A DNA stretch of 64,000 nucleotides from Akkermansia muciniphila (GTDB lineage: Bacteria; Verrucomicrobiota; Verrucomicrobiia; Methylacidiphilales; CAMAQI01), in assembly GCA_945883905.1 (NCBI GenBank), contig CAMCYL010000001.1, positions 2,088 through 66,087 of the forward strand. Reading direction: 5' to 3'. The notes beneath the pieces were generated by a model. The model had not been told where the DNA came from, did no database searches, and was given only the letters and a program-made list of their open reading frames with translations. The translations under genes were made by a program, and so were the position numbers. Below are positions 46,802 to 56,278 of this stretch, in pieces (positions within the stretch are counted from its first letter, which is position 1; the number at the start of each line of letters is the position of its first letter).

Positions 46802-47449
46802 ATGGCTTACTGGGTCCTTCAATCGACCTTTGAGCCCCGAATGGCTTTGCATCGCATTTCGGTTCTATTGAATCAAAGTGCAGATGAGCTCTGTGTCGAG
46901 TTTGGACTTTCCCATCATCATGATTGGGTTCATGAGGGATGGAATTCTGATCGTTCGACGGATCTTCTTCGGAAAACGAAGGAGATCCGTTTACGAGAGG
47001 AATTAGAGTTGGAGATGCGCGCATTGCGCAAGGGGGAGTCGGCGCTTCGTTTTTTAGGTGAGGAGCGGGTCGTGGCTAAGCAACAGAAGATCAAATCGGA
47101 ATTAGCGACCTTACTGACGCGTCATGATTTAATTCGTTGGTATTATCAGCATCCTCGAATCTGGCTCTTGGCCTATGTGAGAGATGCGGCATTAGATGCC
47201 TCTCGTGCCTCTGAAGCGGAGTGGGTCGAAGTTGAGGAGAACGATGAGAGGCTTTCACCGACCTCCTCATTGCTTTTGAAGAGTGATTCTGAAACAGTAA
47301 AACTTTATTCGACATTATTTCAAAAGCAATGGAGTGAATTAAGTCCTGAATTTATATTAAATCAAATCGATGGGCATCGTTCCTTAAGATTTGAGATGAG
47401 CACAAAAGTTCTTTCCTTTTGTGAATCAATTGCTTTGCCGGAACTCTAA
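46802..47449 (+). CDS. Hypothetical protein
   Basis: 215-aa ORF whose ATG directly abuts the FKBP stop (TAA ATG). No family recognised. Confidence 0.5.
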   Translation: MAYWVLQSTFEPRMALHRISVLLNQSADELCVEFGLSHHHDWVHEGWNSDRSTDLLRKTKEIRLREELELEMRALRKGESALRFLGEERVVAKQQKIKSELATLLTRHDLIRWYYQHPRIWLLAYVRDAALDASRASEAEWVEVEENDERLSPTSSLLLKSDSETVKLYSTLFQKQWSELSPEFILNQIDGHRSLRFEMSTKVLSFCESIALPEL

Positions 47450-47457
47450 ATTTTCTG

Positions 47458-47652
47458 ATGAATCGAATGAAAGCATGGCTCTCTATTTTTGTTGGTGCGA
47501 TTTATATTTTAAATCCCGGTTGGGGACTATTTGAATTAATTCCCGATAATATCCCTCTTTTTGGAAATTTAGATGAAGGGGCGGCTGTTCTACTTTTAGT
47601 CTGGGGAGTGAAAACTTTAAGGAATCATTCTAAAAAAAATGAGAAAGAATGA
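47458..47652 (+). CDS. DUF1232 (YkvA-like) small membrane protein
   Basis: LIPDNIPLFGNLDEGAAVLLLVW matches the DUF1232 IPD-x-IP-x-x-G-x-x-D motif. Confidence 0.6.
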   Translation: MNRMKAWLSIFVGAIYILNPGWGLFELIPDNIPLFGNLDEGAAVLLLVWGVKTLRNHSKKNEKE

Positions 47653-48401
47653 ATGTCGAGACTCCTCTTCTTTCAATTCTATTTGAAAATGATGATTTTT
47701 TAATTGTTGATAAGCCGGCCCCGTTGTTGGTTCATCCGACAAGACCCGATGATGAGAGGACCCTTTTAGGGCTTTTACAGCGCCAGCGACCACTTCCCTT
47801 TTATGCTTTAGTCAATCGACTCGATCGTGAGACGAGTGGGCTGGTTATTGTAGCAAAAAGCTCTGAGTCCGCATCACGATTAGGGAAAATGATGATGCGT
47901 CGGGAGATAGAAAAAATTTATCTAGCGATTGCGCGGGGGCATGTCTGTTGGGATCGACGGAAGATTGTACGTCCGATAGGTCGGATCGGATTAAATGAGA
48001 ATAATTTAATTTATGCAAAACAAGGCATCTTGCCCGCGGGAGAGCCTGCGATCACAGAATGTTGGGTCTTAAAGCGAATGAGGGATACCACTTTACTTCG
48101 TGTTCGATTAGGGACGGGGAAGCTTCATCAGATTCGAGTTCATTTAGAGTCGGAGGAGCATCCCATTCTGGGAGATAAACTTTATGGGGTTGATCCTCAA
48201 CTTTATTTAGGGATGTGTGAAGGAAGTGGTTTTGAATCTTGGATGCCTTGGTTACGGATTCCGAGACATGCGCTTCATGCCGCTGAGCTTCATTTTCAAT
48301 GGGATCATCAACCCATCGATATTGACTCTCCCTTACCTGCGGATTTAGAGGAATTTGTTCAGCTCAACACAAGGGAGAAAAAATCTCATAGAAAGAGATA
48401 A
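47649..48401 (+). CDS. RluA-family pseudouridine synthase
   Basis: VNRLDRETSGLVIVAK (catalytic Asp) and GKLHQIRVHL motifs. Confidence 0.85.
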   Translation: MNVETPLLSILFENDDFLIVDKPAPLLVHPTRPDDERTLLGLLQRQRPLPFYALVNRLDRETSGLVIVAKSSESASRLGKMMMRREIEKIYLAIARGHVCWDRRKIVRPIGRIGLNENNLIYAKQGILPAGEPAITECWVLKRMRDTTLLRVRLGTGKLHQIRVHLESEEHPILGDKLYGVDPQLYLGMCEGSGFESWMPWLRIPRHALHAAELHFQWDHQPIDIDSPLPADLEEFVQLNTREKKSHRKR

Positions 48402-48449
48402 ATTAAATTCCTAGATTGACCGTTTCAGATCCGATGTCACGTTCGGGGG

Positions 48450-49454
48450 ATGACAGATTTAAATAGTGTCCCAATCATTCCATTGCTGGAGAGAGCGATT
48501 CAATTACGGGAGTCGATGTTTGATTCCTCGCACCGGACTGCATTTCGACTTTTTAATGGGTTTATTGAAGGAGAGCCCGAGATCTGTATTGATCTGTATG
48601 CAAAATCGTTTCTCCTTCACAATTATGCAAATCCTCCTGAGAGGGGGAGCGAAAGAGTTAATCAGGTGCTCCTTTATTTAAAAGAACGATTTCCTTGGAT
48701 AAAAGCGGTGGTGGTAAAGGAACGGTATGGAGTCAGTTCCGAAAGAAAATCTGGCTTTTTGATTTTCGGGGAGAAAGCGGATCGAAAAATTTGGGAGAAT
48801 GGGATTTGGTATTCGATTGATCTTTGCATGAATCGAGATGCGAGTTTGTATTTAGATACGCGATTACTGCGGGAATGGATTTCAAAAAATTTAAAAGATA
48901 AAACCGTTCTAAATACCTTTGCTTACACAGGGAGTTTAGGGGTTGCTGCGATGGGAGCAGGGGCAAAACAAGTTTGTCATATCGAGCAAAATCGAAAGTT
49001 TTTAAATTTAGCGAAAGAGTCCTATTCATTAAATGGATTTCCGATTAAAAAATCAGATTTTATGGAGGGAGATTTTTGGGGAAAAGTGAGTCATCTAAAA
49101 AATAAAGGAACTCATTTTGATACGGTAATCTTAGATCCGCCCTTTTTTGCGACAAGTGAGCAAGGGACTGTTGATTTAGTTCAAAATGCGAAACAGGTTA
49201 TCAATAAAGTACGTCCCTTGGTTGAGAATGAGGGATATTTAATTGTGATTAATAACGCTCTTTTTCTCAGCGGAAAAGAGTTCATGAATGAGATCGAATC
49301 CCTTTGTCAGGATGGATATTTAAAGGTTGAATCGATTATTCCGATTTCCTCCGATTATGCTGGATTTTTGGAGACCGTTTCTGCTTCTGTGACTGATCCC
49401 TCCCCTTTTAATCATTCGACAAAGATTATTGTTCTCCGTGTAAAACGAAAGTGA
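48450..49454 (+). CDS. Class I SAM-dependent methyltransferase (RlmI/YwbD-like)
   Basis: VLNTFAYTGSLGVAA (motif I) and VILDPPFF (motif IV). Confidence 0.75.
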   Translation: MTDLNSVPIIPLLERAIQLRESMFDSSHRTAFRLFNGFIEGEPEICIDLYAKSFLLHNYANPPERGSERVNQVLLYLKERFPWIKAVVVKERYGVSSERKSGFLIFGEKADRKIWENGIWYSIDLCMNRDASLYLDTRLLREWISKNLKDKTVLNTFAYTGSLGVAAMGAGAKQVCHIEQNRKFLNLAKESYSLNGFPIKKSDFMEGDFWGKVSHLKNKGTHFDTVILDPPFFATSEQGTVDLVQNAKQVINKVRPLVENEGYLIVINNALFLSGKEFMNEIESLCQDGYLKVESIIPISSDYAGFLETVSASVTDPSPFNHSTKIIVLRVKRK

Positions 49455-49627
49455 TCAGAGGAGTTGTCTTGGTTTTCCCAATGGTTAAAATTGGATTTTC
49501 TCTTCGCCTTAAGTTGACAGCCATGCGAAAGAATTCGGAGATGTGGCAAATTTTGGAGTAAAAGGGTCTATTGCAAAACTTGGGATAAATGATTTTATTT
49601 TGAAGATTTCTCGTTTATTCTTTTCGA

Positions 49628-50548
49628 ATGGAAGGGAATGAGGCGATGATTTTTGCAGAGCGCTTCTTGGAATCGACTCGAATTCGGGGTCGTTCCGATC
49701 TTACTCGGCGTAATTACAGACAGGTTTATCGAGAGTTTTTAGAATGGTCAAAAGCGAGTACTTGGGTTGGACTGAAGAAGCAAGATTTTAAATCTTATCT
49801 CTATTTTTTAACAATGGAGAAAAAAATTGTCTCCTCGAGTATTCGACTTCGTTTTGCGGCTTTAAGGTCGATTTATCAGTATGGAATTAAAAATCGAGTT
49901 TTCGATGAGAATCCCGTGAAAGGGGTGAGCCTCCCTAAATTACCGCGTAAGCTTCCGGTTTTTATGACCGAAGTTCAGATTCAGGAACTTTTGGAGGCTC
50001 CCCAAAAGAAATGGGAGGCACGGGGGACAAAAGCGAAAGTGGGAAGACCTTGGAATCGTTGGCAAATGTTAAGAGATACAGCTTGGCTAGAGGTTCTTTA
50101 TAGTACTGGGATTCGTTTACAGGAACTTTGTCGCCTCAAGAGAAGTGATCTTGATTTTGAATTGGGATCGGTCCGAGTCTTTGGTAAGGGGGCGAAAACA
50201 AGAGTGGCGGTGTTGGGGGGGGCCTGTGTACGGGCGATTCAAGCATATCTTTCGGAACCGATTCCGGCCTCTGAATTTTTGTGGGTGGGAGATCAAGGGA
50301 GGCCACTATCGATGAGATCGATGCAACTGCTTTTAAAGGATTATTTAAAGTGGGCAGGATTACCGGTGACTTTGAGTCCTCATAAAATTCGGCATAGTTT
50401 CGCCACTCATTTATTAAATCATGGAGCTGATTTAAGAAGTGTGCAGGAGATGCTGGGGCACTCCCAGATTACGACAACGCAAATTTATACGGCAGTTTCG
50501 ACGGAGCGAATGAGACAGGTTTACGATCAGGCCCACCCACGAGCTTAA
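49628..50548 (+). CDS. Tyrosine site-specific recombinase, XerC/XerD-like
   Basis: 306 aa. SAM-like N-domain, then TGIRLQEL (Arg), HKIRHSFATHLL, LGH and the catalytic Tyr in TTQIYT. Confidence 0.85.
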   Translation: MEGNEAMIFAERFLESTRIRGRSDLTRRNYRQVYREFLEWSKASTWVGLKKQDFKSYLYFLTMEKKIVSSSIRLRFAALRSIYQYGIKNRVFDENPVKGVSLPKLPRKLPVFMTEVQIQELLEAPQKKWEARGTKAKVGRPWNRWQMLRDTAWLEVLYSTGIRLQELCRLKRSDLDFELGSVRVFGKGAKTRVAVLGGACVRAIQAYLSEPIPASEFLWVGDQGRPLSMRSMQLLLKDYLKWAGLPVTLSPHKIRHSFATHLLNHGADLRSVQEMLGHSQITTTQIYTAVSTERMRQVYDQAHPRA

Positions 50549-51711
50549 AACTGCATTAAATCATCATCATCGTTCATCCGGATCACGCTGGTTTTTCGGG
50601 CATGATCTTCGATGGAGGCACGGGTTCCGAGAAGGGTAAGAACGGAGCGACGGACTTCCAGTTTTGTGGGGACGAGAATTCGAATTGGAATTTGTGAGGA
50701 ATCAAGGTTTTGAAGCAGATAGTGGGCGGCAAGTCTGCCCATGGTTTGTCCGCGGATATCGATGGAGGTGAGGGGGGGCTCAGTGATGAGATTGAGGATC
50801 GTATTGTAAAATCCAGTGACGCCGATTTCTCCAGGAACTTTAATCGATTCCTTTTTGAGTGCCGCGATGAGTTCAAAGGCCTCTCGATCACTTCCACAGA
50901 TAATCGCAGTAGGACGATCGATCTTTTTGGAGATGAGTTCGGCGGTATGGGTTGCAAACTGGGATCGATAAGGTTCTTTGTAAACGAAATCGCGAGTAAA
51001 GGGGAGTCCGGCGTCGAGCATCACCTGCTCATAGGCAGCAAGTCGATCTTGTTGACCGTGATGGGAAAGAATATTGGAGGTAAAGTAAGCGATTTTTTGA
51101 TGTCCTTTACGAAGAACATCACGAACGAGTTCCACCATTCCATTAAAGTTTTCGGAGCAAACGACTCCAAAATCACTTTGGTAAATCGTCGCATTTCCCA
51201 AAATAAGAGCGGGGATCTTTAATCGCTTAATTGTTTTACGAATCGATTCAGGAATCGTTCCTGTGGCGATAATTCCTTTCACTCCGGATTTTGACATTGA
51301 GATAAAATATTTTTCGAGATCAGGATGAGCCTCATGCATATGCATGACTTGAGTGTTCCATCCCAGATTTTCAAAATGAAGGGCGGCACCGATTAAGTAA
51401 TCGATGTGAATTGCATAAGGGGTTTCAAAAAAGTCTTGATGATGAAAAAAGAGGATTCGATCTTTGCTTGCTAGAGAGGGAGTTGCGGATTCAAAGCCTT
51501 CATCAGTCATGCTTAGCTGTTGCTCTTGAACGAGGCGCATGAGAGCTTCGTGAACGAGCGTTCGTGGCATATGCAGGAGTTGACAGATTTTAGGCTCAGT
51601 GAGGGCCGTCGGTCCGAGGAGTCGACTTTGATTGAGAAGTCGAAGAAAGTGATAAATCCGTAAACGGAGTTCATCGGAAGCGGGATAGGAGGCGGGATCG
51701 TTATTTTTCAT
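50545..51711 (-). CDS. Transcriptional regulator: winged-helix N-terminus plus LacI-type sugar-binding domain
   Basis: N-terminal HTH-like LTEPKICQLLHMPRTLVHEALMRLVQE. The C-terminal periplasmic-binding-fold pattern includes PTAIICGSDREAFELI. Confidence 0.7.
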   Translation of the reverse strand: MKNNDPASYPASDELRLRIYHFLRLLNQSRLLGPTALTEPKICQLLHMPRTLVHEALMRLVQEQQLSMTDEGFESATPSLASKDRILFFHHQDFFETPYAIHIDYLIGAALHFENLGWNTQVMHMHEAHPDLEKYFISMSKSGVKGIIATGTIPESIRKTIKRLKIPALILGNATIYQSDFGVVCSENFNGMVELVRDVLRKGHQKIAYFTSNILSHHGQQDRLAAYEQVMLDAGLPFTRDFVYKEPYRSQFATHTAELISKKIDRPTAIICGSDREAFELIAALKKESIKVPGEIGVTGFYNTILNLITEPPLTSIDIRGQTMGRLAAHYLLQNLDSSQIPIRILVPTKLEVRRSVLTLLGTRASIEDHARKTSVIRMNDDDDLMQF

Positions 51712-51755
51712 AAACCCTTAAGGCTTCATCGTGACAAGTTCTGGAAAAAAATCCA

Positions 51756-52343
51756 TCACGGATTCTTCTTTGGTATCATTGATTTTACGACCTCACGGGC
51801 CTTTGGAATGAAATAGTTACAGGCCTCGGCACAAATGAGGGGTATTTCTTGAGCTTTTGTTTCAATGGTATCGGCCGGTTCCCATAGTCTTTTCTTCATG
51901 CATTCAGTCGCACAGACTGATTGAGTTAAAGACTGACGTTGTTCAAGGGTGAGTAAACGAGTGCAGTGGTACATTCCTGTTTGCCTCTCTGCGGTCTCTT
52001 GATAAGGGGTGATCTGAAGTATTTGTTGGGACCAAGCACTCCAATGAGAGATGGCACTCGGGTACAAAATACGAAGTGCTAAAACAAGGTCCTCGAAGGA
52101 GAGAGGGGTGAGGATCCATCCTGAGGGGAGATCGGGTGAGGAGCGAAGGGGTCTAAAATTGCCTGCCGGGGTGGATTTGACGAGCTCCGTCAGATTTTCT
52201 AAGGAGATGGAGCGAAGCGAATTTTGATTCGGATCATCTTGTTGGTGTAAAACAGTAAAACCGGGTTGAATTTTTATCTCACCGATCTTCCATGGCGGAG
52301 GAGTTTGATGAAGCCAAAGATTAAGAAATTCGGTGGGTTTCAT
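51756..52343 (-). CDS. DR2241-like Cys-motif protein
   Basis: 195 aa with C-terminal Cys residues (CTRLL, CATEC, CAEAC). Its start overlaps the upstream CbiX-like gene. Family assignment is from memory only. Confidence 0.45.
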   Translation of the reverse strand: MKPTEFLNLWLHQTPPPWKIGEIKIQPGFTVLHQQDDPNQNSLRSISLENLTELVKSTPAGNFRPLRSSPDLPSGWILTPLSFEDLVLALRILYPSAISHWSAWSQQILQITPYQETAERQTGMYHCTRLLTLEQRQSLTQSVCATECMKKRLWEPADTIETKAQEIPLICAEACNYFIPKAREVVKSMIPKKNP

Positions 52344-53169
52344 TGAATTTTTTGATTTGAGCGAGAATGAGATCAGCGATCAACGGTTCAGTTCCAATGG
52401 CATTGGCGTACCAGAGTCGTCGCCCTTCGACGAGATGAGGGTTTTTTGTTTGCAGAGGGATCCCTTCCTCAGTGAGTCCGAGAAGAACAGGAATATCGAT
52501 AAAGGAGTGGAGTCCGTCAGCGATAAAGAAGGGGACGGCGACCACCTCTTTTTTAGAAGTGAGCGATTTCCAGTCTTTGACAAGGGGGGGTTCCTCCATG
52601 TAAGCAAATTGACATTCGCCGTAGATGTTTCGAGATCGTATCTTTTCGACTTGATGTTCGATAATCTTGGTTGAATTTTCGTTGAGGTTCGTTCCATGTC
52701 CGAAAATAAAAAGACAACTTTCTTGAGGGTCTTGGAGTTTTTCCCCGGAGGAGTCGAGGACCTCCTGAGCTCGATGAAGGAGGACCTCGGTCATGGATTC
52801 ATGGAGTCCAACGGGATCGCAGTAGTAAAAAGTTTGATTCTGGTGCTGGGTAATGGGTCCTTCGAGTTTTAATTCTCGGGGGATGACCTGTTCCGTGAAG
52901 TAACCACTACTGATGAAATTGGGAACAACGTAAACGGTGTTTGCTTCGATTTGATTTAACGATTGATGGAAGTTGGGTTCCTCTTTCCAGAAGCACTCAT
53001 GAACTTCGGAGAAAATGTTCTTTTTTCGAAGGGTCCATGCGTGTTGATAGGTTGGAGTACTGGAGTCGGCATTGACCGTTGATCCATGACCAACAATGAG
53101 GAGGGCCGGTTTTTGGGGGCAGGTCAACGACATGGGGCCGAAGATGGCAGGAGTTGGTAAGAATTCCAT
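52321..53169 (-). CDS. Two-domain CbiX/SirB-type sirohydrochlorin chelatase
   Basis: Duplicated motif LLIVGHGST...VVPNFISSGY and LFIFGHGTN...VVAVPFFIADGLH. Confidence 0.75.
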   Translation of the reverse strand: MEFLPTPAIFGPMSLTCPQKPALLIVGHGSTVNADSSTPTYQHAWTLRKKNIFSEVHECFWKEEPNFHQSLNQIEANTVYVVPNFISSGYFTEQVIPRELKLEGPITQHQNQTFYYCDPVGLHESMTEVLLHRAQEVLDSSGEKLQDPQESCLFIFGHGTNLNENSTKIIEHQVEKIRSRNIYGECQFAYMEEPPLVKDWKSLTSKKEVVAVPFFIADGLHSFIDIPVLLGLTEEGIPLQTKNPHLVEGRRLWYANAIGTEPLIADLILAQIKKFNETHRIS

Positions 53170-53233
53170 CCGATTTTTAATTTCTTTGGAATTTGGTGCT
53201 TTTCACCGCATAAAGGATTGATAGATTTCTTTC

Positions 53234-53704
53234 ATGAGTGATACCTCTTCATTACAACTTCCGGCACGGAGCTGGCTCGCCAAGCTCAAAGATGATGATC
53301 GCAATGTTTTAGCCTCTTACGGGGAGTTTTTCCCCGGACGGCCTGGACAACCGATTATCAATGAAGGGGAGCTCCAAAGTTATCTTTATTTTGTCGTTCG
53401 AGGAAGTTTGACGGTGACTCGTACCACGGATAAGGGGGTTCATGTTGTTGGGGAGATTCCTGCTGGAGAGTCAGTGGGAGAGATGAGTGTTTTTGATCGT
53501 CTTGAGGTTCCTGCGAGCGGTACGGTGACTCCGAATGAATTTACTCAGTTATGGAGGGTCAGCCAGGATTCCCTTAATCGATTTTTAGAGGATAATCCGG
53601 TGGTTGCGAATACGATGTTGATTGGGCTCGTTGGGACTTTATCGAATCGGATTCGGAAATTGAATCCAATGATTTTATCGACTGTTGAGCAACTCGGAGG
53701 GTAA
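53234..53704 (+). CDS. Cyclic-nucleotide-binding domain protein
   Basis: 156 aa. The beta-roll pattern LYFVVRGSL...GESVGEMSVF is typical of cNMP-binding domains. Confidence 0.75.
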   Translation: MSDTSSLQLPARSWLAKLKDDDRNVLASYGEFFPGRPGQPIINEGELQSYLYFVVRGSLTVTRTTDKGVHVVGEIPAGESVGEMSVFDRLEVPASGTVTPNEFTQLWRVSQDSLNRFLEDNPVVANTMLIGLVGTLSNRIRKLNPMILSTVEQLGG

Positions 53705-53742
53705 TTTCAGCTACTTTAAGTAGGTGCTCTCATTAAAAGTAA

Positions 53743-54255
53743 GTGGCTTCTTCTATGAAATATTATGGAGTGGATTTAGCGAAGCGATTTTCGCTCTTTT
53801 CTTTTTTAGTCGTATTATTTTTATATTCATTTGAGCCTTTATTTTCTCAGGGACTTTCTGAAAATCCGACTCTCAGGACGGTCACGGCGAGTGTTGGATT
53901 GGTTAAAATTTCTGCTGAAGTGGCGATTACTTCCAAGGAGTTGGCTCAGGGGTTGATGTTTCGGAGTCGCCTTCCGGATAATGCCGGGATGATTTTCTGT
54001 CTACCACGAGTTGAAAGAGCCTCCTTTTGGATGAAAAATGTTTCGATTCCTCTTTCAGTTGCCTATTTAGATCGAAATGGAATGATTATAGAGATTTTAG
54101 AGATGACTCCCTTTGATGAACGACCGATGTGGAGTCGCAGTGACCAGATTTATTATGCGCTTGAGATGAATCAAGGATGGTTTCAGTTGAATCAAGTAAA
54201 AGTGGGGGACCGTGTTTTGGTAGAGGGAAAGAGCGTAGAGAGATTAAGGGATTGA
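53743..54255 (+). CDS. DUF192 protein (secreted)
   Basis: ELAQGLMFR...GMIF...FWMKNVSIPLSVAYLD...ALEMNQGWF matches DUF192. Start is either GTG 53743 or ATG 53755. The stop TGA lies inside the left arm of repeat R2. Confidence 0.75.
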   Translation: MASSMKYYGVDLAKRFSLFSFLVVLFLYSFEPLFSQGLSENPTLRTVTASVGLVKISAEVAITSKELAQGLMFRSRLPDNAGMIFCLPRVERASFWMKNVSIPLSVAYLDRNGMIIEILEMTPFDERPMWSRSDQIYYALEMNQGWFQLNQVKVGDRVLVEGKSVERLRD

Positions 54256-54514
54256 AATCCTAAATCAGTTCTCGCGCAACGACGCTTCCTCCTACGTCCA
54301 AGCACTTCCACCTACGCAAAGGCTACGGCGGACAAGACGGCGAGACAAGACGCCGCCACGTTAAAACCCTACCCCCCCCCCCCTCGTTCTGACGACGTTT
54401 CTTACGAGCCTCCTCCCTATTTTTAAAAAGCTCTCGAAAACGAGCTTTCGATCCTCTCCCTCTCTGACGTGGCGGCGTTGCGTGAGATAATGTCTTTAAG
54501 ATTTTTTGTTTTAG
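54248..54514. repeat. Composite palindromic repeat, copy R2 (core inverted relative to R1)
   Basis: The arms are co-linear with R1. The core 54270-54487 equals the reverse complement of the R1 core modules, including the IR polymorphisms, with a private insertion of about 63 bp. It lies between convergent genes. Confidence 0.85.
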
Positions 54515-54556
54515 TGGCACTACTGGAACAAAACTCAAAATAGAGCAAGCTATTTG

Positions 54557-55462
54557 CTATTTAACTCCCGATTCGGTAAATGCGGGGTGTTCGTGGAGAG
54601 TTTTGATGAAGCGTTTGACGGCAGGGGAGAGGACCCGGCCATTGCGATAGATAATCCCAAGTGGACGGTGGATTGTAAATCCTTTGAACTCGACCGCAAT
54701 CAGGGTTCCGTTTTTAATCTCTTGTTGAACCGTGGCTCGAGGAACAATGGAGACTCCCGCGTCGATTTCGACAGCACGTTTAACCGTTTCAATATTATCA
54801 AATTCCATCGTGGGAGAGATCGAGACACTCGCCTCTTTGAAGATCTTATCGATCGCTTTACGTGTTGGGATATCCGGCTCGAAACCGATGAACTTGTGGT
54901 GGGAAATGGCATCTAGAGTGACCTCTTTGTGAGAGGCGAGTGGATTTTGAGGGTGGCAAATGAGAACCAACCGATCCTTTAGAAAGGGTTCTATTTTGAG
55001 ATTCTTTTTTTGGACGGGGAAGGCAACAAGACCGATATCTCGAGTTCCATCGAGGACATCATCGTAGACTTGGTTCGAGCGGCGATATTCGACATGAACA
55101 TGAACGTTCGGATATTCCTTAAGAAAGACCTTAAGATAAGGGGGAAGCTCGTGAAGTCCGATGCTATAAACCGTGGCAAGACGGATCGTTCCGGAGACGA
55201 CGTTGCGCATTTCGGAGATCTGGTGTTGAAGCTTATCGTAGGCATAGATGATCTCTTTGCTTGTCGCATAGAGAATCAGCCCTTCACGAGTCAAAGAGAA
55301 CCGTTTACTGCTTCGTTCAATGAGGGGGGTATGGAATTTTTCTTCGAGACTGCGAATTTGTTGGCTGACGGCTGATTGAGTGACAAAATTCAGCTGAGCT
55401 GCCTTACTAAAGCTTTCGGTGTCAACGAGGTCACGAAATACTTTAAAGGATTCAACTTGCAT
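54557..55462 (-). CDS. LysR-family transcriptional regulator
   Basis: The N-terminal HTH FRDLVDTESFSKAAQLNFVTQSAVSQQIRSLEE plus a LysR substrate-binding domain. Confidence 0.9.
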   Translation of the reverse strand: MQVESFKVFRDLVDTESFSKAAQLNFVTQSAVSQQIRSLEEKFHTPLIERSSKRFSLTREGLILYATSKEIIYAYDKLQHQISEMRNVVSGTIRLATVYSIGLHELPPYLKVFLKEYPNVHVHVEYRRSNQVYDDVLDGTRDIGLVAFPVQKKNLKIEPFLKDRLVLICHPQNPLASHKEVTLDAISHHKFIGFEPDIPTRKAIDKIFKEASVSISPTMEFDNIETVKRAVEIDAGVSIVPRATVQQEIKNGTLIAVEFKGFTIHRPLGIIYRNGRVLSPAVKRFIKTLHEHPAFTESGVK

Positions 55463-55516
55463 ATCTTATATAATAAGCAAACCTAATGAATATTCAAGGG
55501 AAATGATTTAATACTT

Positions 55517-56230
55517 ATGACTATTGAGAGCCGATATCAAGAGATTCAAGGGAGAATTCAATGTGCATGTGCAAAAAGTGGGCGAGGCATTGAGGAGGTT
55601 TTATTGATAGGAGTGACGAAGACCCATCCCCCGGAATCGGTGGAGCAGGCGCTTCGGTTAGGGATTTTACATCTGGGTGAAAATAAGGTTCAGGAGGCCT
55701 CTGCAAAAAAGGGAATTGTGGGGGAAAAGGGGGTCTGGCACTTCATTGGACATTTGCAGAGTAATAAGGTGAAAAATGCGGTTCAGATCTTTGATCAGAT
55801 CGATTCCGTGGATAGTTTGGTTTTAGCTCAGGAGATTTCTAAGCGTTGTGAGATGATCGGAAAGAGAATGCCGGTTTTAATGGAGGTAAATGTTTCGGGG
55901 GAGGGGAGTAAATTTGGAGTAAAGCCGGAACAGGCTGCGGTGTTGGCGGAGCAGATCAATGGACTGCCGCATCTAGAGTTGAGGGGGTTCATGACGATGG
56001 CTCCGTTGATGGAGGATCCGATGAAGAGTCGTCCGTATTTCGCACAATTAAGAGATTTACGGGATCGAATTCAACAGGAGACGGGGCTTCATCTTCCTGA
56101 GCTTTCGATGGGGATGAGTCAAGATTTTGAGGGGGCGATTGAGGAGGGGAGTACGATGATTCGATTGGGAACGATTTTATTTGGAACACGCCCAAAGCCG
56201 ACGCGCGAGTTTTTTGAGGACTCGATCTAA
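55517..56230 (+). CDS. yggS: YggS-family pyridoxal-phosphate homeostasis protein
   Basis: LIGVTKTHP (PLP Lys), HFIGHLQSNK and MGMSQDFEGAIEEGSTMIRLGT. Confidence 0.9.
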   Translation: MTIESRYQEIQGRIQCACAKSGRGIEEVLLIGVTKTHPPESVEQALRLGILHLGENKVQEASAKKGIVGEKGVWHFIGHLQSNKVKNAVQIFDQIDSVDSLVLAQEISKRCEMIGKRMPVLMEVNVSGEGSKFGVKPEQAAVLAEQINGLPHLELRGFMTMAPLMEDPMKSRPYFAQLRDLRDRIQQETGLHLPELSMGMSQDFEGAIEEGSTMIRLGTILFGTRPKPTREFFEDSI

Positions 56231-56278
56231 ATTCTTTGTGGATTTTTCTTCCGACTTTCTCCACTCTCTCGAATCCTT

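Noticed and set aside
49628-50548. The tyrosine recombinase as an integrase of a genomic island, or as the invertase for the R1/R2 repeats
   Set aside because: It has XerC/XerD length and motifs. No flanking tRNA, att-like direct repeats or phage/IS genes are present. It is 20 kb from R1 and 4 kb from R2, with no inverted repeat adjacent. It is most simply the housekeeping dimer-resolution recombinase.
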